Made by a program: the position numbers and the translations under genes | The notes under the pieces: model-generated | Seen by the model: the letters and a program-made list of their open reading frames with translations, nothing else | Database searches by the model: none | Told to the model about the DNA's origin: nothing | Assembly: GCA_028293305.1 (NCBI GenBank) | Contig: JAQGPD010000285.1 | Coordinates: 1 to 33,567 of the forward strand | Origin: Verrucomicrobiales bacterium | Lineage (GTDB): Bacteria > Verrucomicrobiota > Verrucomicrobiia > Verrucomicrobiales > V1-33 | DNA: 33,567 bases | Reading direction: 5' to 3' | Part shown: positions 17,292 to 25,326 of the stretch, piece by piece | How the letters are laid out: each line of letters begins with the position of its first letter | How positions within the stretch are numbered: position 1 is the stretch's first letter

Positions 17292-19766
17292 ATGAATCTG
17301 ACATCCGATATTGTATTTTCAGGCGCGTCCTGGCGCGGGCCGGCGGCCGCTTTTTTCCTGGCAGGGTGTGTGTTGGTGTGGTGGAGTTACCGCAGCGCGC
17401 CGGTCGGACGGCGGGGTCTTTGCGCGGCTTTGAAACTCGCGGGTCTCGGGCTCCTGATCCTGTGCGTGCTGGAGCCGCAATGGTCGCAGCCGAAGGCCCG
17501 GCCGGGATCGAATGTCATGGTGGTCCTGGCGGACAACAGCAGCAGTTTGCTAGTCTCGGATGAAGGCGCATCCGTTCCCCGGTCGGTTGGATTGCGGACC
17601 CTGCTGGATCCTGCGTCCTCCGCGTGGCAGGGCGAATTGGAGAAGAATTTCGAGGTCCGGCGCTATCAATTCGACCGCGGTTTGCAGCCGGTCGAGGCCT
17701 TTGGCGCGCTCCGTTTTGAGGGTCGAGCCTCCGCGCTTGGCAGCGCATTGGACACCGTGGCCACGCGCTTCCGGGGACGTCCTTTGGCGGGGGTGGTGGT
17801 TCTGACGGATGGCATCGCCACCGACCTTGCGGCGCTTCCGGAGAACTTGTCAGGGTGGCCTCCGGTTTATCCCGTGGTCATTGGAAAAAAGGGTCCGGCG
17901 CGTGATTTGTCAGTGAGAAAAGTGTCGGTGACGCAGACCGCGTTCGAGGATGCGCCGGTGACGGTGGATGCCGAAGTGGGCGTCGCGGGCAGCACCGCGC
18001 GGAGTGTCGTGGCCCGGTTGACGGATGCGTCAGGAAAGCTGGAGGAGGAGCAGACCCTGGAGTCCGGCGCGGGGAATGGCGCGGTGTCCTTCCGTTTCCG
18101 GATCAGGAATGCGCCGCCGGGAATTTCCTTCCACCGGCTTTCCGTGAGGGAGGCCGGGGAATCCGGGCCGGAGACGGCGGAGGCCACCCTGGCCAACAAT
18201 ACCTGCGTGGTGGTGGTGGACCGGGCGCAGGGGCCCTATCGGTTATTGTATGTGGCGGGCCGGCCGAATTGGGAGTTCAAATTCCTCAACCGCGCCCTGG
18301 AAGCGGACGATCAGGTGCAGCTCGCGGCATTGGTCAGGGTGGCGCGGCGGGAGCCGAAGTTTTCTTTTCTGGGCCGCGCCGGGGAGACCAGCAATCCCTT
18401 GTTCCGCGGAACCGAGGACCAGGCGAAGGGGGAGGTGGCGGCCTATGATCAACCGGTTTTGGTCAGGCTGAACACACGGGATGAGGCGGAACTCCGGGCA
18501 GGATTTCCCACCACGGAGGAGGAGCTGTTTGGTTATCACGCCATCATTCTGGACGATGTCGAAAGCGCCTTTTTTACTCCCGCGCAGGCCGCCCTGATCC
18601 AGCGTTTTGTGTCTTCGCGCGGGGGTGGATTCCTGATGCTGGGCGGGATGGAGTCGTTCTCGGAGGGCGGTTATGCCAGGACTCCGGTGGGGGAGATGCT
18701 GCCGGTGACTTTGGATAGGACTCCCGCCGTCGGAGGACCGGTGGAACTTGGATTCAATCTTGACCGCGACGGCTGGCTGCAGCCGTGGGCGCGGCTGCGG
18801 GAGAATGAGGCGGATGAAAAATCGCGTTTGTCAGGAATGCCGGGACTGCGAGTGGTGAATCGCGTGCGGGGCGTGAAACCGGGCGCGGGTGTGATCGCGA
18901 CAGCTGACGATGCCACCGGTCAGCGGGTGCCGGCCCTGGTCGTGCAACGGTTTGGGCGCGGGCGGTCGGCGGCGCTGATGGTGGGGGATTTGTGGCGGTG
19001 GGGAATGAAGAGTCCGGAGGCGCGGGTGGATTTGGAGAAATCGTGGCGGCAACTGGTGCGATGGATGGTGGCGGACGTGCCGGGGCGTGTTTCTCTGGCG
19101 ACGGTGCCCAAGCCGGCGGACCCTGCTGGGGCCATGGAAATCCAAGTCAGGGTGGCGGACAGCGGCTATCTTCCGGTGGAGAATGCCACGGTCAGTCTGG
19201 AGGTCGAGCCGGTGCTCATGGACGCGCCCGCGGAGGCGCCCGCGGCCGACTTGTCAGGTAAAAATGTGTCTGGCGTGGTGGCGATTCCAGGTGCCGCAAC
19301 CAACAATGCCGGGGCTGCGGACAGTGGTGGCGGCGTTTCCGGCGGTGGAGCCAGGCCCGGCGTCCTAACTTTGCAAGCCGAGCCGTCCGCAACGGAGCCG
19401 GGCTTGTATGTGGCGTCCTATGTGCCGCGCGAAACGGGGGGTTATAAAGTCACCGCCAAGGCCGTCAACGCCGCCGGTGCCGAGCAGGGGCGGGCCACGG
19501 CGGGATGGGCCACGGATCTGGCCGCGCAGGAATTGCGGTCGCTCACCCCTGACCGCGCCTTGTTGGAGGAGCTGGCCCGGAAAACCGGAGGTGCGGTCGT
19601 GGAGCCGGATGGGTTGAGTGCCTTCGCGGCGCGGCTGCCCTCCTTGAAAGCGCCCGTTATGGAGCCGCATGAGGAGCCGCTCTGGCACACGCCATGGATT
19701 TTTCTAACAGCCGTTGCCTGTCTCGCCGGGGAGTGGGGACTGCGCCGAACCCAGGGTCTGCCATGA
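17292..19766 (+). CDS. Membrane protein with VWA-like (MIDAS) domain and class-I glutamine-amidotransferase-like domain
   Basis: 824 aa. N-terminal TMs. MIDAS 'DNSSS' at 17532-17546 and 'VVVLTDGIATD'. 'HAIILDDVESAFFTPAQAALIQRFVSSRGGGFLMLGG' is GATase1/ThuA-like. C-terminal TM 'WIFLTAVACLAGEW'. AAGGAG Shine-Dalgarno about 13 nt upstream of the start. Confidence 0.8.
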   Translation: MNLTSDIVFSGASWRGPAAAFFLAGCVLVWWSYRSAPVGRRGLCAALKLAGLGLLILCVLEPQWSQPKARPGSNVMVVLADNSSSLLVSDEGASVPRSVGLRTLLDPASSAWQGELEKNFEVRRYQFDRGLQPVEAFGALRFEGRASALGSALDTVATRFRGRPLAGVVVLTDGIATDLAALPENLSGWPPVYPVVIGKKGPARDLSVRKVSVTQTAFEDAPVTVDAEVGVAGSTARSVVARLTDASGKLEEEQTLESGAGNGAVSFRFRIRNAPPGISFHRLSVREAGESGPETAEATLANNTCVVVVDRAQGPYRLLYVAGRPNWEFKFLNRALEADDQVQLAALVRVARREPKFSFLGRAGETSNPLFRGTEDQAKGEVAAYDQPVLVRLNTRDEAELRAGFPTTEEELFGYHAIILDDVESAFFTPAQAALIQRFVSSRGGGFLMLGGMESFSEGGYARTPVGEMLPVTLDRTPAVGGPVELGFNLDRDGWLQPWARLRENEADEKSRLSGMPGLRVVNRVRGVKPGAGVIATADDATGQRVPALVVQRFGRGRSAALMVGDLWRWGMKSPEARVDLEKSWRQLVRWMVADVPGRVSLATVPKPADPAGAMEIQVRVADSGYLPVENATVSLEVEPVLMDAPAEAPAADLSGKNVSGVVAIPGAATNNAGAADSGGGVSGGGARPGVLTLQAEPSATEPGLYVASYVPRETGGYKVTAKAVNAAGAEQGRATAGWATDLAAQELRSLTPDRALLEELARKTGGAVVEPDGLSAFAARLPSLKAPVMEPHEEPLWHTPWIFLTAVACLAGEWGLRRTQGLP

Positions 19767-21091
19767 AATTGTTATCTGTTCCAATTATTCCTTTTTTTCC
19801 GCTGATTTTCGCCGCGCTGCATTGCGCATGCCCAGCTGCCTTCGCGCAGCAGGACCCACCTGCCGCACCCGCCGCACCTGCCGCACCTGCCGCACCTGCC
19901 GCACCTGCAGTTCCGGCAGTTCCCTCGGCGGTCCCGGTTGTGGTGGAATCCGTGTCCGATGCCCGGCCTGTGGTGATTTTTGTGAGGGGCGCGGCGGGCA
20001 GTGCGGAATACGCCCCGCGTTTCGCGGCGCAGGAATTGGCTTGGAAAAAGGCTGCCGGGCGCGCCGGGGCGGAGTGGAGGACGGTGCCGGGCGGAGAAAT
20101 CCAAAACGCCGATAACAATCTCCAACCTGCCGCGGCGACGGTGGTTCCTGACGCATCCGCGGCTGCCGCGCCGGCTGTGGTGGCGAATGGAAACGGAGCT
20201 GCACCCGGAGCTGGAACCGGAGCCGGAGCCGGAGCTGCACCCGCACCCGGAGCCGCACCGGGAGCTGGAGCTGGAGTGGACGGCGTGAAGCAGGGCGGAA
20301 GTGATCATGCGCTTTTGGAAAAAATCCTGACAGAAATCGGGAAATCCGGCCCTGCGGCGGTTTGGATTGTTTTGGTGGGACACGGCACCTGGGATGGCAG
20401 GGAGGCCCGGTTCAATCTGGAGGGGCCGGACCTTTCCGCCGGGGAGTTGGCGGGCTGGCTGAAGCCTTTGACCCGGCCGGTGGTGGTGGTGAACACCTCG
20501 GCTTCCAGTTCGCCTTTTGTGAATATTTTGTCAGGACCGGGACGCATCGTCATCAGCGCCACCCGCAGCGGAAACGAAAGAAACTACGCCCGGTTCGGCG
20601 AGGAAATGGCGGCCAGCCTGGAGGATCCGGCGGCGGATTATGATGAGGATGGGCAGGTCACTTTGTTGGAGTTGTTTTTGCGCGCCTCCAGCCGCACCGC
20701 CGAATTTTATTTGGCCGAAGGCCGCCTCCTGACCGAGCATGCGCTGATGGATGACAACGGCGACGGCAAGGGCACGCCGGCCACTTTTTTCCGTGGTCTG
20801 CGGGCCAATGTCACTGCCAAGGACAAGGCCGTGCCGGATGGCGCGCGGTCCCGCCTGACGGCTTTGATCCCGGATGCCGCTGCCAGGAAAATGTCCCCCG
20901 CACAACTCAGCCAACGGGATTTGTTGGAGGGCGAAATCGATACGCTCCGCGCGGCCAAAGCCACCATGGCGGAGGACAATTACTATCTGAAATTGGAAGG
21001 CATCCTGCGGCGCCTGGCCGCGTTGGAACTGGAGCCGGAGCCGGTCCCGGAGCGGGCCCCCGAGCCGGTGCCGGAAAACTCTCCGCGTTGA
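19763..21091 (+). CDS. Secreted protein with Pro/Ala and Gly/Ala linkers and a clan-CD-peptidase-like (legumain/caspase-fold-like) core lacking the Cys
   Basis: ORF 19694..21091 trimmed to ATG 19763 (MKLLSVPIIPFFPLIFAALHCACPAAFA signal peptide; ATGA overlap with the upstream stop). 'WIVLVGHGTWDG' (His codon 20381-20383) is followed about 40 residues later by 'VVVVNTSASSSPF' (20492-20512). Confidence 0.7.
   Translation: MKLLSVPIIPFFPLIFAALHCACPAAFAQQDPPAAPAAPAAPAAPAAPAVPAVPSAVPVVVESVSDARPVVIFVRGAAGSAEYAPRFAAQELAWKKAAGRAGAEWRTVPGGEIQNADNNLQPAAATVVPDASAAAAPAVVANGNGAAPGAGTGAGAGAAPAPGAAPGAGAGVDGVKQGGSDHALLEKILTEIGKSGPAAVWIVLVGHGTWDGREARFNLEGPDLSAGELAGWLKPLTRPVVVVNTSASSSPFVNILSGPGRIVISATRSGNERNYARFGEEMAASLEDPAADYDEDGQVTLLELFLRASSRTAEFYLAEGRLLTEHALMDDNGDGKGTPATFFRGLRANVTAKDKAVPDGARSRLTALIPDAAARKMSPAQLSQRDLLEGEIDTLRAAKATMAEDNYYLKLEGILRRLAALELEPEPVPERAPEPVPENSPR
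19857..19909 (+). repeat. In-frame 9-bp microsatellite (CACCTGCCG-like x ~5.5) encoding (PAA)n
   Basis: Read directly: cacctgccgcacccgccgcacctgccgcacctgccgcacctgccgcacctgcag. Confidence 0.85.
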
Positions 21092-21125
21092 AAAAATGCG
21101 GACCGCGAAAAATCCGTCGGCGATC

Positions 21126-21563
21126 CTAACGATGATAGGGTTCGCCCTTTTTGATGGTGTGAACGCGGTAGATTTGTTCCAGCAGGACCACCAGCGCCAG
21201 CTCGTGCTGAAGTGTCAGGGCGCTGAGGCTCCAGACCTCGTCCGCAGCATCGCGCAGTTCCTGGCTGTGGCCGTCGGCGCCGCCGATGATCAGCGTCACG
21301 CGTTTGGTGCCCGCGAGTTCCCACCGGTCCACGGCGGCATGCCACTCGGATGTTGTTAGCCGCTTGCCGCGTTCATCCAGGACGATGCGGCGGCTGCCTT
21401 CGCTGTTTTTCAGAAAGCGCTCCTCCAGCTGCGGGCGCGGGCCATCGCGGAGGTATTCGATTTCCACCTTGGCGTAGCGGTTGGAGCGGCGCAGGTAATC
21501 TTCGATTCCATCCCTTGCCCAGGTCAGGGCGGGCTTGCCGACGGCGAGAATTTTCCAATTCAT
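21126..21563 (-). CDS. rlmH: 23S rRNA (pseudouridine1915-N3)-methyltransferase
   Basis: ORF 21126..21800 trimmed to ATG 21563 ('MNWKILAVGKP...'). The resulting 145-aa protein ends '...IGGADGHS..L...A....SLS.LTLQHELALVVLLEQIYR', typical of SPOUT RlmH. The upstream part of the ORF overlaps the tRNA genes. Confidence 0.88.
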   Translation of the reverse strand: MNWKILAVGKPALTWARDGIEDYLRRSNRYAKVEIEYLRDGPRPQLEERFLKNSEGSRRIVLDERGKRLTTSEWHAAVDRWELAGTKRVTLIIGGADGHSQELRDAADEVWSLSALTLQHELALVVLLEQIYRVHTIKKGEPYHR

Positions 21564-21633
21564 GGGGGTGTGGGAAATTTTTGACCCGCCCCTTGCATCC
21601 GGGCCGGTATGGTATATGAAATTCCTCCACTCC

Positions 21634-21707
21634 TGCCCCGTGGTGTAAAGGTAGCACAAGAGATTTTGATTCTCTTTGTCAAGGTTCGAATCCTTGCGGG
21701 GCATCCA
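21634..21707 (+). tRNA. tRNA-Gln (anticodon UUG), CCA encoded
   Basis: Manual cloverleaf. Acceptor TGCCCCG/CGGGGCA. D-arm GTGT-AAAGGTA-GCAC. Anticodon arm AGAGA-TT[TTG]AT-TCTCT. T-arm CAAGG-TTCGAAT-CCTTG. Discriminator T plus CCA. Confidence 0.9.
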
Positions 21708-21725
21708 ACAGGAGCAGGCCAGTAT

Positions 21726-21799
21726 TGCCCCGTGGTGTAACGGTAGCACAAGAGATTCTGATTCTCTTTGACAAGGTTCGAATCCTTGCGGGGTAACCA
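21726..21799 (+). tRNA. tRNA-Gln (anticodon CUG), CCA encoded
   Basis: Same fold as the upstream copy. Anticodon loop TT[CTG]AT. Acceptor TGCCCCG/CGGGGTA (one G-U pair). T-arm CAAGG-TTCGAAT-CCTTG. Discriminator A plus CCA. Confidence 0.9.
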
Positions 21800-21974
21800 C
21801 CCCCGGGTCCCCCTCGGGGATTCGGTCATTCCAGCCTCGTTTACGGGGAAAACCGGGCGCTTTTCCGCGCCGGGACGTCCCTTGCGTAGGTTCCCGCCGC
21901 CGGACGGATGGGAGACATTGACCGCTCCAGACCCCGGCATGTGCTGCCTCCGGAATGAAAAAATGGCCGGCATT

Positions 21975-22649
21975 TTATCGCGCGGGAGCGGGTTCCACGG
22001 GTGGGATGACAGGCGAGGAGGGCGTGGGAGCGGGGAATTGCGGGGGCGCAGCCGGGTCTGCCTGCGGGGAAATAACCGGAATTTTGGATTCCGGGAGCGG
22101 CGTGGATTTGGCCAAAGCGGCGGCCTCCAACCCCGCCAGGCTGTCCTCGATATCTTTTTCCACCCATTTCCGGAACATCAGGCCAAAATACCGCCGACCG
22201 GTATTTCCGCCGAAATCCGTGCGGAATTTCCATTTCACCAGCGTGTGGGTCCGGTCCGCCGATTCCTCAAAACGGATCGCGCTCACGGCATCGCCGCGCT
22301 CGCCGAAATCGAACGCCAGCGCCACTTCGCGGCTTGGAGAGACGGCGGTGATTTTCGCGCGGCCTTCCCCTTCCGCTTTGCTGCGCCACGCCATCATGCC
22401 GCCCGCTCCGGTTTCCGGGCCGGCGTGCTCGACTTGTAAAAAGGGCTCGCGCTGCCACCAGGTCGCCCACTCCGGCCATCGGCGCAGACTGGACACGCGG
22501 TCATAGAGCTCCGGCGCGGGCAATGGCATGAGCCGCTCACGCTCGACGATGAGCGAGGCAGGCAGAAAAAATCCGCCGACCGCCACGGTCGCCATCAGCA
22601 CTCCGGCACCGACCGCGCCCCACCTTAACCATTTTCGCCAAGCTATCAT
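21975..22649 (-). CDS. Membrane-anchored SRPBCC (START/polyketide-cyclase-like) family protein with Pro-rich tail
   Basis: 224 aa. N-terminal TM 'WGAVGAGVLMATVAVGGFF'. 'PAPELYDRVSSLRRWPEWATWW' matches the SRPBCC N-terminal pattern. C-terminal P-rich segment. Last gene of the GT4-GT9 operon. Confidence 0.6.
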   Translation of the reverse strand: MIAWRKWLRWGAVGAGVLMATVAVGGFFLPASLIVERERLMPLPAPELYDRVSSLRRWPEWATWWQREPFLQVEHAGPETGAGGMMAWRSKAEGEGRAKITAVSPSREVALAFDFGERGDAVSAIRFEESADRTHTLVKWKFRTDFGGNTGRRYFGLMFRKWVEKDIEDSLAGLEAAALAKSTPLPESKIPVISPQADPAAPPQFPAPTPSSPVIPPVEPAPAR

Positions 22650-22680
22650 GGGTCCTTCATGCCATGGAAAAACCGGGCCG

Positions 22681-23718
22681 TCACGGGGAAGCTTTCGCGG
22701 ATGCCGCGCCCTGGCCTGCTCCTGCCGGGACCACCTGTTCCGCTGTTAGCAAACCGTCCGCCGCCGCCGCCACTGTCTGCCAATCCAACTCCGAAATCGG
22801 CCGGCCGGTCCGTTTTGGAACCAGGGCGGAACCTGCCGGGATGCCCGCCTGCAACACCACCGCGCGGTCGTGGCGCGGGGCCCAGTGGAAAGGATTCGTG
22901 GGTCCGAACAAGGCGACCTGCGGAACGCGGAACGAGGCGGCGAGATGCATCGCCGCCGTGTCCACGGTCACTGCAAGCGCGGCTCCGGCGATGACCCTGG
23001 CAAGTCCGGGAAGTGTCAGGGTGCCGCGAAGATTCCGGACCGGCGCCTGGGTCAGACTTGAAATCCGGGCGATCTGTTCCTGCTCGAAACTCCAGTCGCC
23101 TCCTGTTAGGAGGATCGGCAGGCCGTGCGTGTCATGCAGATGATCCAGCAAGGCCGCCCAGTGGCCCGGCGGCCAGAATTTTTCCTCCCGTGCCGTGCCG
23201 GGGTGGATCGCAATATAGCGGGCGGGCAGCGGGAAAGTGTTGGCTTGGTGCGGGATTTTCAAATGCCCGGCATCGCCCACCGTCGGCAGAATCAATCCCG
23301 CCGCATGTGCCAGGGCGTGGTGGAAATCGATGGTGTGGTTTTCCCTGACAGAAGCGGAGCAGGTCACGGTGCAGGAAAATCGGCGCAGTCCCCTGAGGGT
23401 CGTTTTGGCGTAGCCGGCGCGCACCGGAGCGCCGGAGACCAGGCTGAGAAACGCCGACCGGTCCGTGCCGGTGTAGTCCAAAACCATGTCAGGACGCCAC
23501 TCGCGGAGTCGGTGCAGAAGGGCGGCATTCCAGCTTCCGGATTTCCATGTGAGGACCTCATCCGCCTCCGCGAAAAGCGGTGCCAGGGAACCTGCCGCGC
23601 CCGCCAGGACCAGCATGATTTCCGCCGAAGGATCCGCCGCACGCAAGGCCCCGAGGGCGGGCGCGGTGAGCACGGCATCGCCGATGCGTTTGAGTTGGAG
23701 CAGGAGAATGCGGGCCAC
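22681..23718 (-). CDS. Glycosyltransferase family 9 (LPS heptosyltransferase-like)
   Basis: 345 aa. GTG start. 'ARILLLQLKRIGDAVLTAPALGALR' is the typical GT9 N-terminus. 'IAIHPGTAREEKFWP..HW' and 'VTVDTAAMHLAA' motifs. Confidence 0.85.
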   Translation of the reverse strand: MARILLLQLKRIGDAVLTAPALGALRAADPSAEIMLVLAGAAGSLAPLFAEADEVLTWKSGSWNAALLHRLREWRPDMVLDYTGTDRSAFLSLVSGAPVRAGYAKTTLRGLRRFSCTVTCSASVRENHTIDFHHALAHAAGLILPTVGDAGHLKIPHQANTFPLPARYIAIHPGTAREEKFWPPGHWAALLDHLHDTHGLPILLTGGDWSFEQEQIARISSLTQAPVRNLRGTLTLPGLARVIAGAALAVTVDTAAMHLAASFRVPQVALFGPTNPFHWAPRHDRAVVLQAGIPAGSALVPKRTGRPISELDWQTVAAAADGLLTAEQVVPAGAGQGAASAKASP

Positions 23719-23735
23719 GGGCGGAGGCGGGGATA

Positions 23736-23800
23736 GCGGGAGTGGAAAAGACGGGAGTGGGAAAACCAGGCTGAGGAGGAAGACGGGAGTGGAGGAAAAT
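23736..23800 (-). repeat. Three copies of TTTTCC(C)ACTCCCG-type motif in the GT9 5' leader
   Basis: + strand copies: gcgggagtggaaaag (23736-23750), acgggagtgggaaaac (23751-23766), acgggagtggaggaaaat (23783-23800). Confidence 0.7.
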
Positions 23801-23830
23801 ATGAGAGGAGAAGCGTGCCGTGGATTGGTG

Positions 23831-25075
23831 TTAGCTGATCCTTTCCTTGGCCAGGGCGTAACCTGTCAGGATACGGCGGCGAAAATGCTCCCAGGTGAAA
23901 TTGGCCGCCACATGCCCACGTGCGGCGACTCCCATCCTGGCAAAAAGATCGCGGTTTTTCCAGGCCTCCTCCATGGCCGCCGCCAGGGCGTCCTCATTGT
24001 TGGGAGGGATCTGCCGGCCGGTCACGCCATCGATCAAGGCGTCGCCGCTTTCCCTCGTCGTGATGAGGGGCAAGCCGCACGCGGCGGCTTCCAGGGTGAC
24101 TTTGGCGAAGCCCTCGCACTCGCTGGGGAAGACCAGCGCGCTGGCGGTTCGGAGGAGTTCCGGGACATTCGGTGTGAAGCCGGTGACGCGCACGGAGGGT
24201 CCGGCGCAGGCATCCAGCTCCTGCCTGACTTCCGGATGCGGCTCGCCCACCAACACCAGTTCGGCATCCTTCAGCCCCAGTTTTTTCCAAGCCCTCAGCA
24301 GCTGCGGCACCCCCTTCCGGCGGATCAGGGCGCCGACAAAAATAAGGCGGAACTTCTCCGGAGGCGGGCCCGGCGCATAACGCGTCACATCCACGCCGCG
24401 GCCTGTGTAGTGCAGGCGCTCAGGGGGAATCCCGGCATCCAAAAAAGTCGCCGCCGAACAACGCGATGGCATGAATAACAAGGTGGCCAATTCATACTCC
24501 ATCAACATCTGCTGCCGGGAAATCAGCAGCCGGTGCTTCCAGCCCGCCATGCCGCGCAGCTCGGAAGCCTCGCGCTCGGTCTTGGTTAGGAATGGTTTTT
24601 GCAGTCCTTTGTTGCGATGCCACGTCGGGATGTCCATCACCGAAGGAATCTCCCGCTGGCGCGCAGCGATCAGACTGCGCACCGCATCGCCGCTCCAGGT
24701 GTGGAGAAAATCATAACGTCCCGAGTTCACTTCCCGCGCCGTGATCCAGTCCACATATTGTTTTTTCGCCCCATAGTAGCGGGCGCTGCCCTGGCCGGAT
24801 AACAAACGCACCGGATGCCAGGCCAGGGACCTGATTTTGGAACGCGGGATGTCCTTCTGCTGGTTGGCATAACCAATCGCCCGTCCCAGAAAACCCGCTG
24901 CCGCGGACGCCTTGATCCCCTCCAGCGCGCTCACATCCAATCCACTGCCTCCGATTCTCGCGCTGGTGCTGTAGAGCAGCGCGCGCGGAAGCGGGCCCGC
25001 ATCCGGCACCGCCGGGGCGGGGAAGGAGGCGGGCGGAGGGGATGGGGTCAAAGGAACAGAAGCAGGCACGGTCAA
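23831..25075 (-). CDS. Glycosyltransferase family 4 (GT-B, RfaG-like)
   Basis: 414 aa. C-terminal 'LVFPSECEGFAKVTLEAAACGLPLITT' E-x7-E GT4 signature. 'FRLIFVGA...G' Rossmann repeat. Confidence 0.85.
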   Translation of the reverse strand: MTVPASVPLTPSPPPASFPAPAVPDAGPLPRALLYSTSARIGGSGLDVSALEGIKASAAAGFLGRAIGYANQQKDIPRSKIRSLAWHPVRLLSGQGSARYYGAKKQYVDWITAREVNSGRYDFLHTWSGDAVRSLIAARQREIPSVMDIPTWHRNKGLQKPFLTKTEREASELRGMAGWKHRLLISRQQMLMEYELATLLFMPSRCSAATFLDAGIPPERLHYTGRGVDVTRYAPGPPPEKFRLIFVGALIRRKGVPQLLRAWKKLGLKDAELVLVGEPHPEVRQELDACAGPSVRVTGFTPNVPELLRTASALVFPSECEGFAKVTLEAAACGLPLITTRESGDALIDGVTGRQIPPNNEDALAAAMEEAWKNRDLFARMGVAARGHVAANFTWEHFRRRILTGYALAKERIS

Positions 25076-25326
25076 TCTTACAGGAAAAACGCCGCATCCT
25101 CAATCCGGACCCCGGTTTTTTCCAGCCCGATAAATCGGACATCCGGGGCATCCCGTCGCCCTGCCACAGGCGTTTTATGGGTGGCGGAGGGAGTTTTGTC
25201 TTCAAAAATCCCGCTGCCCGTTCTCCGTGAAGGCACCGCGATGATTTTACGGAAATCGTATTTGAATTAACACGGCCGGGGGGCCGTCAGACCTGACGTT
25301 GCGATAAAACCATCACCCCCCGATCC

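Noticed and set aside
21581-21618. TTGACC ... TATGGTATAT upstream of tRNA-Gln as a promoter
   Set aside because: The spacing between the candidate -35 and -10 boxes is 21-26 nt, so it is not a canonical sigma70 arrangement. It is left as an untested possibility.
21634-21799. tRNA-Gln pair as a genomic-island integration site
   Set aside because: There is no integrase, no direct repeat of a tRNA 3' end elsewhere in the window, and the flanking genes are ordinary housekeeping or envelope genes. Two isoacceptors (UUG, CUG) in tandem is unremarkable.
21853-21873. Hairpin GGCGC-ggaaaa-GCGCC followed by cggTTTT (- strand) as the terminator of the GT4-GT9-SRPBCC operon
   Set aside because: The stem is only 5 bp plus a mismatch, the T-run is short and displaced, and it lies about 100 nt from the stop. 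This is too weak to report as a feature.
21126-21973. N-terminal extension of the rlmH ORF (to 21800) and the 137-aa ORF 21560-21973 on the - strand
   Set aside because: Both run through the two tRNA-Gln genes. RlmH homology starts at MNWKILAVGKP (ATG 21563).
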